Origin: Candidatus Hodarchaeota archaeon
GTDB taxonomy: Archaea > Asgardarchaeota > Heimdallarchaeia > Hodarchaeales > Hodarchaeaceae
Direction: 5' to 3'
Length of the DNA stretch: 22,521 bases
NCBI GenBank assembly: GCA_016840035.1
Contig: JAEOTC010000213.1
Span: 1 to 22,521 of the forward strand
Of the stretch, positions 1 to 8,235 are shown piece after piece; the first letter of the stretch is position 1; every line of letters starts with the position of its first letter. The notes under the pieces are model-generated. The model ran no database searches. It saw only the letters and a list, made by a program, of their open reading frames with translations, and had not been told where the DNA came from. Made by a program: the position numbers and the translations under genes.

Positions 1-732
1 AAAAATCTCTGGGTTTTCTCCTGCTGCACGGGCAACAGAGAAAAAATTAACACCAGTGTCTAGAATTGCCCTTGCACTTTTCTGATCAATGACGGAGTTA
101 TTACCTATCATTTCAGCGCGACAATGTTCAGAAAACTGGTTAAGAAGATTTAAATCTGTTCCTTCCTCACCATCCCGATAGGAGTCTATATGTAAATAAT
201 CCACTTCCCACCTGTTGAGTATTTTAGAAAATGAACGTGGATCAACAGTATTTCCTCTGATTTTCAGAGAAACTAAAAAATCCTGAGATTTAAATACAGA
301 TATAATGTTAGAAAGGATCTTAGGCCGATGAACTAGGTTCTCACCTCCGCCTTTATCCAGAATTTCTTGTTGTCTACAATGAGCATTCACTTCAATCAAA
401 GGATAGATAGAAATTCGGTCAGAAAAAGCTTTAATAAATGAAAATGACTCCTCAGAATTATTACTCCTCACATTTATAATTACATCAGTTTTCTGAGGGA
501 TTTTTTCTAATTCGTGAGCAATAAACTTAGCTTCTTCTCCTCCTGGGAATATGAACTCATCACGTCCTCTTTGTGTAGATTGCTTTGATGCAAGGGTCAT
601 CTCTTTTCCAATTGCGTATCCTCCAATTGTAACTCTCCCCACAAGTCCTGTGCTATAAACCCGAGCGGCAAATTCACCATCTGTAATTCCAGCCATTGCA
701 GCTAATATTACTCTAGATGGATCAATTTTCAT
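1..732 (-). CDS. MJ0144-family tRNA-dihydrouridine synthase-like (Dus/NifR3-related) TIM-barrel flavoprotein, 3' end truncated by the window
   Basis: Not in the ORF track because it runs off the window. Manual translation from ATG at 732: MKIDPSRVILAAMAGITDGEFAARV...VTIGGY...RGRDEF...IINVRS...LIEVNAHCRQQEILDKGGGENL...VSLKIR...LHIDS...IGNNSV...FSVARAA. The LAAMAGITD, E-x-NAHCRQ, IGNNSV and SVARA motifs fit archaeal Dus-like proteins. Open frame through position 1. Confidence 0.88.
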   Translation of the reverse strand, partial: MKIDPSRVILAAMAGITDGEFAARVYSTGLVGRVTIGGYAIGKEMTLASKQSTQRGRDEFIFPGGEEAKFIAHELEKIPQKTDVIINVRSNNSEESFSFIKAFSDRISIYPLIEVNAHCRQQEILDKGGGENLVHRPKILSNIISVFKSQDFLVSLKIRGNTVDPRSFSKILNRWEVDYLHIDSYRDGEEGTDLNLLNQFSEHCRAEMIGNNSVIDQKSARAILDTGVNFFSVARAAGENPEIF

Positions 733-733
733 A

Positions 734-1666
734 CTATATCTTATCCAACAAGACGTTAAAGAGACGATGGGCATCGGATTGGTCTTTAATTATGATATTA
801 TCAAAAACTGGTATTACTCCTAATTTTCGGGTCTCATCTTCAAAATCTTGATCAGTTTCATGTAAGATAATTCCATCTAAAAAGTCCTGAAATAGCTTGA
901 CAACTGTAAGGGGAGATGTTTCATAGTTCCATGCCTTTAGAAACTTCGGAGTGGGACCAGAAATCGCTGAAGTACCAATAATTGGACTAATTGCATATTT
1001 CTTAGCTTTTGTACTGCAAAGCGCTTTTCTAATAGGGGAAATTGCAAGGATTGGCCCCAAAGAGGAAACTGGATTACTAGGCCCTAATATTATATAATCA
1101 GCAGATTCTATTGCTGTCAAGACATCTGGTGATGTTTTACTAAGATCCCCTTCAAAAAACACATTTGTGACATCAAGCTCGCCCCTATACCGAACCCAAT
1201 ACTCTTGAAGATGCATAAGTTCATTCTTGGTCCTAATCATTGTTCTAATAGGTTGATCAGCCATAGGTAAGATTTTAGAATTGATATTCAAGAGCAGTCT
1301 TAATTTCTTTGTGACCTCTGTTAATGAAACCTCTTGATTTAAGAGCCAAGTACGATAAAGACAGAAACCTGCGTCTTGGTCTCCAAGATTGAACCAGATA
1401 TCCTCTTTCAAGTTTTCCCGAAGCATTTTAACCATACTAAAGGTATCTTTGTAAATTCCCCACCATTTTGAGTGATCTATTAAGTTTGCTAACGTAAATA
1501 AAATGCTATCAATGTCTGGTGATACATGAAGCCCGTAATATTGCCAGTCATCGCCGGTATTGCCGATAATTGTTATATCTTCAGGATTGATTGAAGATGG
1601 AATACCTTGTAACAATTTGGGAGTCCCAGTCCCCCCTGATAGGAATACAAGGTTTGGTGATTCCAT
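734..1666 (-). CDS. cofD: 2-phospho-L-lactate transferase (coenzyme F420 biosynthesis)
   Basis: LSGGTGTPKLL, IGNTGDD, GLHVSPDIDS, WFNLGDQD, HLQEYWV, GPSNPVSSLGPIL and SPIIG..AISGP motifs typical of CofD; 310 aa. Confidence 0.95.
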   Translation of the reverse strand: MESPNLVFLSGGTGTPKLLQGIPSSINPEDITIIGNTGDDWQYYGLHVSPDIDSILFTLANLIDHSKWWGIYKDTFSMVKMLRENLKEDIWFNLGDQDAGFCLYRTWLLNQEVSLTEVTKKLRLLLNINSKILPMADQPIRTMIRTKNELMHLQEYWVRYRGELDVTNVFFEGDLSKTSPDVLTAIESADYIILGPSNPVSSLGPILAISPIRKALCSTKAKKYAISPIIGTSAISGPTPKFLKAWNYETSPLTVVKLFQDFLDGIILHETDQDFEDETRKLGVIPVFDNIIIKDQSDAHRLFNVLLDKI

Positions 1667-1752
1667 TATACTTCACTTATTTGATGAAATAATTTCTCAT
1701 AAATGCCTAATGATATTTAAAACTTCAATTAGCGGTGACATTTTAACGTGGA

Positions 1753-2862
1753 ATGTTGATGAAAAAACAGGAATGGGATTTAATTCTCCTTAGAGAGATG
1801 GATGGCCTGAATACCCAGGTAATATGGCATGCTGCCGCGTTAGCTCGGAGTAAAGGAATACAACCCCGTGATCTCCTAATTATTGATTGGCCAGCTGAAC
1901 AATTCGTTTGCTGTGGATTTCATCAAGTAATTGAGCGAGTGGTAGACTTGGATTATTGCACCAAGAATAATCTCCCGGTATATCGTCGTGCCTGTGGAGG
2001 GGGGGCCGTCTTCCTAGATCCAAATCAATTATTCTATCATGTTGTTGCCCATATTGATTCCTCAGTAGTTCCTAGGAATATTAATAGCTTTTTCAAGATG
2101 ACTCTTGAACCAGTAGCTCAAACATATCGTCATTTTGGTATTGATGCTGAATACAAACCTGTTAACGATATAATTGTTAACAATCGAAAAATCTCGGGAA
2201 ATGGTGCTGGTTTAATTGAAAAAGCACAAGTTTTGGTTGGAAACTTCATTTTAGATTTCCCCCGTAAAGAAATGTCTCAGATCCTGAAAGTTCCAAGTGA
2301 GAAATTTCGTGATAAGGTAATCAAATCTCTGGAAGCGGGTATCAGCTCTTTTCATGACGAACTGGGGTATATCCCTTCCCGTGAATCAATTATTGAAGAA
2401 TACTTACGACAAATCGAAACCACTCTCAATATAAAACTTATTGAATCAGAGCTGCAAAGGGGAACACTTGAGATTTTAGAAGATCTTAGGAAGATGTATG
2501 TAACTGACGAATGGCTTTATCAGGTGAAAGCACGAGGAAAACATCTCTACAGTAAAGTGAAAATACATGGATCCACCCACATAGTCGAAGGAATGTTTAA
2601 ATCCACTGGTGGTCTGATTACAGTCATTTGTGAGTTTAAGGGTACTATCCTTACTGATATCAATATTAGTGGAGATTTTTGGATTCAACCAGATACGATT
2701 CTACCTAAACTTGAGAGATTCTTAATAAACCACGATCTTGAGAAAAAAAATCTGACTAAACAAATAAATTTATTCTTAGAGACTAATAATTGCGAAACTC
2801 CAGGTACTTCAGCTTCTGATCTTGCTCATGCAATTCAAAATGCTTTCGGAAACATTTCCTAA
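1753..2862 (+). CDS. lplA: Lipoate-protein ligase A family protein (catalytic domain plus C-terminal accessory domain)
   Basis: RRACGGGAVFLD, NDIIVNNRKISGNGA, LKVPSEKFRDK, and a C-terminal K-S-T-GGLI...ISGDF domain. The start may be ATG 1759. Confidence 0.88.
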   Translation: MLMKKQEWDLILLREMDGLNTQVIWHAAALARSKGIQPRDLLIIDWPAEQFVCCGFHQVIERVVDLDYCTKNNLPVYRRACGGGAVFLDPNQLFYHVVAHIDSSVVPRNINSFFKMTLEPVAQTYRHFGIDAEYKPVNDIIVNNRKISGNGAGLIEKAQVLVGNFILDFPRKEMSQILKVPSEKFRDKVIKSLEAGISSFHDELGYIPSRESIIEEYLRQIETTLNIKLIESELQRGTLEILEDLRKMYVTDEWLYQVKARGKHLYSKVKIHGSTHIVEGMFKSTGGLITVICEFKGTILTDINISGDFWIQPDTILPKLERFLINHDLEKKNLTKQINLFLETNNCETPGTSASDLAHAIQNAFGNIS

Positions 2863-3063
2863 TTTACAATAATTATATCGTACAAACTAATTCGCTTATG
2901 TAGTCTGTATCAAATCATCGATTTTTATTGTTCTTTCATGTGTGATTTTTCTCTGACAATACACAAATAGAAGAAAAACTAAAGAATCCTTGAGTAAACA
3001 TATGTGGATTGACCATCTAATTGCTGAATTGCTAAGACGCACTTCTACTGGACGATTAGAATC

Positions 3064-3537
3064 ATGAGGAAAGGTAAAAAACCAAAGAAATCAAAACCAA
3101 AGAAAAAGAAAAGACAAAAAAGTTTAATGGTCACAAAAGAAGAATTTTTAAGACTTAAACCTGTAATGAGCCCATTTGTTGAACAAAAATCAAGGACTGA
3201 CGATTCATTAAACCTAAAATTAGATATTAGTGGATATAAAAAGCGAAGCATCGTAAGACGGTTTCTACCAACTCCAAATTTTAAGAGAGTACAATTAGAT
3301 AAACTGGGCATGGATGTTTTTCTTTTATGTAATGGAAAAAACAAAGTAAAAGACATCATGAACGATTTCCAAAACAGATACAAATTAACTCCTACTGAAA
3401 CGGATGTAGCGGTTCAGAAATTCCTTATAAGTCTGACTGATCGTCATTTGATAGGATTTATCATTCCCAAAGAAATAGCAGAAAAAAAACAAGTTTTCTC
3501 TGATACCATCGAAAGGGTAATTCTTGATCCTTCATGA
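3064..3537 (+). CDS. Stand-alone PqqD-family / RiPP recognition element (RRE)-fold protein with Lys-rich N-terminus
   Basis: KRVQLDKLGMDVFLLCNGKNKVKDIMNDFQNRYKL...DVAVQKFLISLTDRHLI fits the PqqD pattern LD..G..vw.lcDG.rtv.eI...l...y......dv..fl..L....li. Confidence 0.8.
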   Translation: MRKGKKPKKSKPKKKKRQKSLMVTKEEFLRLKPVMSPFVEQKSRTDDSLNLKLDISGYKKRSIVRRFLPTPNFKRVQLDKLGMDVFLLCNGKNKVKDIMNDFQNRYKLTPTETDVAVQKFLISLTDRHLIGFIIPKEIAEKKQVFSDTIERVILDPS

Positions 3538-3554
3538 TGGAATTCAGATTTCGA

Positions 3555-4487
3555 TTAATTTGCGCCTATGGTGAGTTTGGTTATTTCTTCAATCGTTTTT
3601 CGATTAATATCAACTGATTTAGAGTTTAATTTAAAAATAATACAATAAATATCGTTTTTTTCAGCTTGGGTCCAGAGATATGTCTCGAAATATTGAGATT
3701 TCAATTTAATTCTAGATTTCGTTACTTCTCTACTCCTCCAGGCTGAAATTTTCTTTTTAAAGAGGAGTTTTTCGAATTTTTGTGGATTGTAACTAGAGGG
3801 AACTAAAGGAAAATGCTTTCGATAATACGATTTGAACCATTTCGGAAGTTCATCTTCTGAATGTATTTTTTGATCTGCTAATCCAACCCTATACGAATTA
3901 ATTTCCATATCATCACTTTTAAAATTTAAAAACGTTAATCCAATCAAAAATCGTGAACTAACAAGATTAAAATTACTCGTTGGCGTAAAAAACTGTAAAT
4001 TAGGAGCTGACCAATAATTATAGGCTTTTTGGGGATGACATTGGATATGGGAAAGGATTTCTAGAAATAGCGATTTTTCTAATTGCTTGTTTTTTATTAG
4101 ATACTGGTTTGTGCAGATAAGCAAACGATTAGTTTTCTCACAAATCCAGACAGTAACATACCCTTGTACTTTTTCTTTTTCTAATTCCCAGTATAAGTAA
4201 CGTGCTTTATGTCCATTAACTGTACGTGTGGCCTCTTTTCTAATTTTAATTTTTCTCTTTTCCTTTTTCAACGATTTATAGTAATCTTTGATAACATTTT
4301 CTAGTTTGGGAGGTTTTTTCTTAATTTGGACAAAGGATATTTCTAATTTCTTCCCTGATGGATCACGAAATCCAAAATAGCCTTTTTCTTCCTTAGTGGA
4401 TTTTTTCGTATCTTTTTCGTATATCATAGTCCAATTCTTGGGAACACTCATAAGAATTTGTTCCCAACCGACTGTCTGAAATTGCAC
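3555..4487 (-). CDS. Hypothetical basic protein, probable tandem PsbP/Mog1-like alpha/beta fold
   Basis: 310-aa ORF with no signal peptide or TM. It has a 'VPKNW' start and 'TVNGHKARYLYW' (PsbP/DcrB-like strands). The two halves repeat a W...P..(W/F) and W-x(2-5)-(E)K-x-N pattern. The fold call is an inference. Confidence 0.6.
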   Translation of the reverse strand: MQFQTVGWEQILMSVPKNWTMIYEKDTKKSTKEEKGYFGFRDPSGKKLEISFVQIKKKPPKLENVIKDYYKSLKKEKRKIKIRKEATRTVNGHKARYLYWELEKEKVQGYVTVWICEKTNRLLICTNQYLIKNKQLEKSLFLEILSHIQCHPQKAYNYWSAPNLQFFTPTSNFNLVSSRFLIGLTFLNFKSDDMEINSYRVGLADQKIHSEDELPKWFKSYYRKHFPLVPSSYNPQKFEKLLFKKKISAWRSREVTKSRIKLKSQYFETYLWTQAEKNDIYCIIFKLNSKSVDINRKTIEEITKLTIGAN

Positions 4488-4563
4488 AGGGGCTCACCAA
4501 GTGTATAAAAGAGAATTTACACTAATAATTTAAGAATAGCTTTGTAGATTTTGTTATATTGTC

Positions 4564-5616
4564 ATGAGAGCTGCAGTTATTGAAACACCTTATTCTGTTT
4601 CATTTCAGGAACAAGAAGTTCCAAAGCTTACAGAACACGATATTTTGGTTAAAGTGGAATATTGTGGTATTTGTGGTACGGATGTCCATATTTACAAGGG
4701 TCATGTTCCCTTTGTAAATTATCCGATAATTCCTGGACATGAATTTTCTGGATCAATAATCAAAGTAGGGGAACAAGTCTCAAATTTAAGTGTAGGAGAA
4801 AAGGTTGCCATTAATCCGAATCTATCCTGCAAGGATTACACATCAGAAAAGTCAAAATTCTGCTATTATTGTAAGAAAAATCGTCCTCATTTCTGCAAGA
4901 AATGGGAAGCTTTAGGAGTGACACGATCAGGTGGATTTGCGGAATATGCAGTATGCCCAGGAACATCTGCGGTAAAAATCCCTTCAAAGGATATTTCACT
5001 AATGGAGGCATCGTTTATGGAACCTATTGCATGTGCTCTCCATGGAATAAATAAATTGGATATTTCCTCTTCTGATACCATATTGATTATTGGCGCGGGT
5101 CCCATGGGATTAATAATGATTTCCCTTTTACAAGAATTATATTCGCCAAAAATCGTTGTTAGTGAACCAAATAAAATTAGAAGGGATCTTGCTTCATCTT
5201 TAGGCGTTTTGCATACAATTAACCCCAAAGACAGGCCTATTGAGCAGGTTATCCCAAATCTAACATCTAATGAGGGTGTGGATATCTCGATCGAAGCTGT
5301 AGGTTCTCCTGAGACAGCATTAAGTGCATTAAATGTACTGAACAAAGGAGGCCGTGCTCTGATATTTGGCGTAGCTTCAGAGTCCACCATTCCATTATCA
5401 CTATTTGATCTCTATAGTAGAGAATGGTCAATTTTTGGATCGTTTACGAATCCACATGAAAACCAACAAGCAATGGATATACTAGCCAAAAAAGTTATAG
5501 ACCCTAATCTACTCGTATCGCATGAATTAGATTTAGCAAATCTAGAAAAAGGCTTTAACTTGATGAATAATAACGCTTCAGATGCAAAAAAAGTCCTTGT
5601 GAAGCTAGCGGAATAG
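4564..5616 (+). CDS. Zn-dependent medium-chain dehydrogenase (threonine/sorbitol/polyol dehydrogenase-like)
   Basis: CGICGTDVH, PGHEFSG, structural-Zn cysteines, EPIACALHG, NAD-binding IIGAGPMG and GSFTNP. Confidence 0.93.
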   Translation: MRAAVIETPYSVSFQEQEVPKLTEHDILVKVEYCGICGTDVHIYKGHVPFVNYPIIPGHEFSGSIIKVGEQVSNLSVGEKVAINPNLSCKDYTSEKSKFCYYCKKNRPHFCKKWEALGVTRSGGFAEYAVCPGTSAVKIPSKDISLMEASFMEPIACALHGINKLDISSSDTILIIGAGPMGLIMISLLQELYSPKIVVSEPNKIRRDLASSLGVLHTINPKDRPIEQVIPNLTSNEGVDISIEAVGSPETALSALNVLNKGGRALIFGVASESTIPLSLFDLYSREWSIFGSFTNPHENQQAMDILAKKVIDPNLLVSHELDLANLEKGFNLMNNNASDAKKVLVKLAE

Positions 5617-5687
5617 ATTAATAAAACCAAGATCTAACCAAGTCTAATTCAGATTCATAAACTAAAATCTTAATTGAGAATAAATAA

Positions 5688-6035
5688 GTGACATCTATTA
5701 TGACTGAGAATGATGAAACCAGTCAAATCCAGTGCCCATGTGGCCAAAAAATCCAAAAGCATACGGATTACCAATTATTGTACTTAAAAAAGGACATGGG
5801 TGAAATTGACATTCTTTGCCCAAATGAATACTGTTATCTTCGCGAATTGGGATTTCTGAGATTTTCGATTAAGAATAAAAAAATTATTTTCGAAATAGGG
5901 AGATTCTATGCACCTTACGTAACATGGAATGCCACAATTATGTCCGAAGAAAAAACCGTACGCAAGCTAAAACAACATCTTGTCGATATTACTGAAAAGA
6001 ATGTTCAATGGCAAAAAATTACTAGTAGAATCTAA
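5688..6035 (+). CDS. Small hypothetical protein with putative 4-Cys zinc site
   Basis: CPCG and CPNEYC motifs; co-oriented inside the ABC operon. The start is GTG 5688 or ATG 5700. Confidence 0.7.
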   Translation: MTSIMTENDETSQIQCPCGQKIQKHTDYQLLYLKKDMGEIDILCPNEYCYLRELGFLRFSIKNKKIIFEIGRFYAPYVTWNATIMSEEKTVRKLKQHLVDITEKNVQWQKITSRI

Positions 6036-6059
6036 TAATATGAAAAGGAGTTTACGATC

Positions 6060-6662
6060 TTGGATTTAAATCTTCCAGAACCTGATTTTAGTTTCTTCGA
6101 GATGCTCTACTTATCTTTCTCAAATATTCGAAGGAGATTTTTAAGATCACTAATCACCGCTCTAGGTATAATTCTTGGAATAGCTTTCATGGCTGCTCTT
6201 CTAACAAGCTCATTAATTTTGGGAGCAATGCAAGCAGAATCTGGTGTGGAAGCCTACCAATTCTGGCTAGTAGGAATTTCTCTTGTAGTTTGTTTTGGAG
6301 GCATTACCAACAGCATGTTAATGGCAGTTAATGAGCGTGTCAAAGAAATTGGTGTGTATAAATGCATTGGGGGGTTAGATAGTCATATAGTTCGACTTTT
6401 CATTGTCGAAGCCCTGCTTCTTGGAATTCTTGGAGGAGGAATTGGAGGTGTTCTCGGAATTATCTTTGGCTTTATTATAAATTTAAACCGATTCTCATTT
6501 GATGAAATGTCAGTAGTTCTTCAAAATAACAGTATCATACTTATAGCACTTCTATTATTATCATTGTTGATCTCAATGGTCTTAACGGCGCTTGCCACAT
6601 ACATTCCTGCTCGTAGAGCGGCAAATTTGTCACCCGCAGAGGCTCTAAGATATGAAAATTAG
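6060..6662 (+). CDS. Minimal FtsX/MacB-type ABC permease (4 TM, no extracytoplasmic domain)
   Basis: NIRRRFLRSLITALGIILG (MacB TM1 lead-in), GITNSMLMAVNERVKEIGVYKCIG, LFIVEALLLG and IPARRAANLSPAEALRYE. TTG start with AAGGAG about 9 nt upstream. Confidence 0.9.
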   Translation: MDLNLPEPDFSFFEMLYLSFSNIRRRFLRSLITALGIILGIAFMAALLTSSLILGAMQAESGVEAYQFWLVGISLVVCFGGITNSMLMAVNERVKEIGVYKCIGGLDSHIVRLFIVEALLLGILGGGIGGVLGIIFGFIINLNRFSFDEMSVVLQNNSIILIALLLLSLLISMVLTALATYIPARRAANLSPAEALRYEN

Positions 6663-6676
6663 GGAGAAATAGAGAT

Positions 6677-7399
6677 ATGAGCTTAGTAGAACATGTTGTT
6701 GAAATAGAGGATGTCCACAAGACTTTTATCATGGGGAAAATCAAAGTATATGCACTGCAAGGTGTTTCGTTCAAAATTAAGAGAGAAGAATATATTAGCA
6801 TTATGGGGCCTTCAGGTTCGGGTAAAAGCACATTATTTAATGCTATTGGCGGTTTGGATGTTATTGATTCGGGAGAAATTTATATTGATCAAGTTGATAT
6901 AGCTGAACTTGATGCCACTGAATTGGCCTGGCTGAGAAATAGAAAAATCGGTTACATATTCCAAACGTTCAATTTGTTATTAGCATTCACTGCACAAGAG
7001 AATATCGAGATACCTATGGTCTTTGCTGGAGTTTCTCGTGAAGAAAGACGGAAACGCTCTAAGGAGTTACTGAAAATTGTAGGGTTAAGTGATCGGGCTA
7101 GAAATAAACCAGGACAACTAAGTGGGGGACAACAGCAGCGCGTAGCTATTGCTAGAGCACTTGCTAATGATCCTGCAATTGTATTGGCTGATGAACCAAC
7201 TGCAAATTTAGACCTCGAGACAGGTCTCGATATTATTGAATTGCTCAGAAACTTGAACAAGGAAAAAGGTACAACGATAATTACCGCAACTCATGATTTA
7301 AAAATGATCTCCATAAGTGACAGGATAATTTGGATTAGAGATGGCCTTGTAGACAGAATTGAAGATAGAGCTGATGTTGAAATTGGTACTGTAGACTGA
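6677..7399 (+). CDS. ABC transporter ATP-binding protein, MacB/LolD family (copy 1)
   Basis: Walker A GPSGSGKS, Q-loop IGYIFQTFNL, signature LSGGQQQR, Walker B VLADEPTANLD, H-loop ATHD. Confidence 0.97.
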   Translation: MSLVEHVVEIEDVHKTFIMGKIKVYALQGVSFKIKREEYISIMGPSGSGKSTLFNAIGGLDVIDSGEIYIDQVDIAELDATELAWLRNRKIGYIFQTFNLLLAFTAQENIEIPMVFAGVSREERRKRSKELLKIVGLSDRARNKPGQLSGGQQQRVAIARALANDPAIVLADEPTANLDLETGLDIIELLRNLNKEKGTTIITATHDLKMISISDRIIWIRDGLVDRIEDRADVEIGTVD

Positions 7400-7424
7400 G
7401 AATTTAGAATAGGTAGGAAAATAA

Positions 7425-8159
7425 ATGTCAGATGAAACAACAATTAAAATGGTTGATGTTTGGAAAACCTATCAGATGGGGGAAGAAAAAGTGGATGCAC
7501 TTCATGGTATAAACCTTGAGATTACCCCGGGTGAATTTCATTGCATTATGGGGCCTTCTGGCTCAGGAAAAACAACTTTTCTAAATATGGTTGGTGCCTT
7601 GGATGTTCCTACTAAGGGAGAAGTATATTTTGAGGGTGTACCTCTGTCCAGTTTGAACAAAAAGCAGCTAGCTTCATTAAGAGCGTACAAGGTAGGTTTT
7701 ATTTTCCAAACTTTTAATCTCGTCCCAGTAATCAGTGCTCTTGAGAATGTTACACTACCACTGATATTTCAAAAATTTTCTCGTAAAGAGAGACGAAAGA
7801 GAGCTGAGACAATTTTAGAGCGAGTAGGATTAGAGGATCGTATGCATCATACCCCTGATGAGTTATCAGGTGGACAACAACAACGAGTGGCGATAGCACG
7901 AGCATTAGCGGGAAAACCAAGTCTTATTCTAGCTGATGAGCCAACAGGAAATTTAGATTTAAAAACAGGTTTTCAAATAGTGGAATTATTAAGAGAACTT
8001 TGTCATGAAACTGGAGTTACAGTAATCAACAGTACTCACGATTTAAAACTTATAGATCTAGCTGATAAGATCTCTTGGTTGCGAGATGGAGAAATTACAC
8101 GAACCCAAAAACGGTTAGAAGTATCCATCTCTGCTAGTAATGTGACCATTCCCGTCTAG
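7425..8159 (+). CDS. ABC transporter ATP-binding protein, MacB/LolD family (copy 2)
   Basis: Walker [42 protein letters not shown]. Confidence 0.97.
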   Translation: MSDETTIKMVDVWKTYQMGEEKVDALHGINLEITPGEFHCIMGPSGSGKTTFLNMVGALDVPTKGEVYFEGVPLSSLNKKQLASLRAYKVGFIFQTFNLVPVISALENVTLPLIFQKFSRKERRKRAETILERVGLEDRMHHTPDELSGGQQQRVAIARALAGKPSLILADEPTGNLDLKTGFQIVELLRELCHETGVTVINSTHDLKLIDLADKISWLRDGEITRTQKRLEVSISASNVTIPV

Positions 8160-8235
8160 AATTATAAGAAAATAATTTAAAAATTAATCAATAACAAACA
8201 CAGAAAGTAAATAATCAATTTTAGAGGAAAATCAC

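Noticed and set aside
3002-3537. PQQ biosynthesis or a classical RiPP cluster
   Set aside because: No pqqB/C/E, radical SAM, YcaO or lanthipeptide enzyme in the window, and the upstream peptide lacks ExxxY.
6060-8159. Macrolide exporter MacAB or lipoprotein-release LolCDE
   Set aside because: Only family-level similarity. There is no MacA/TolC/LolA, the permease lacks the ectodomain, and the context is archaeal, so no gene symbols were assigned.
6677-8159. Recent tandem duplication or assembly repeat of the ATPase gene
   Set aside because: Similarity is confined to conserved protein motifs with many synonymous and non-synonymous differences, so these are old paralogues.
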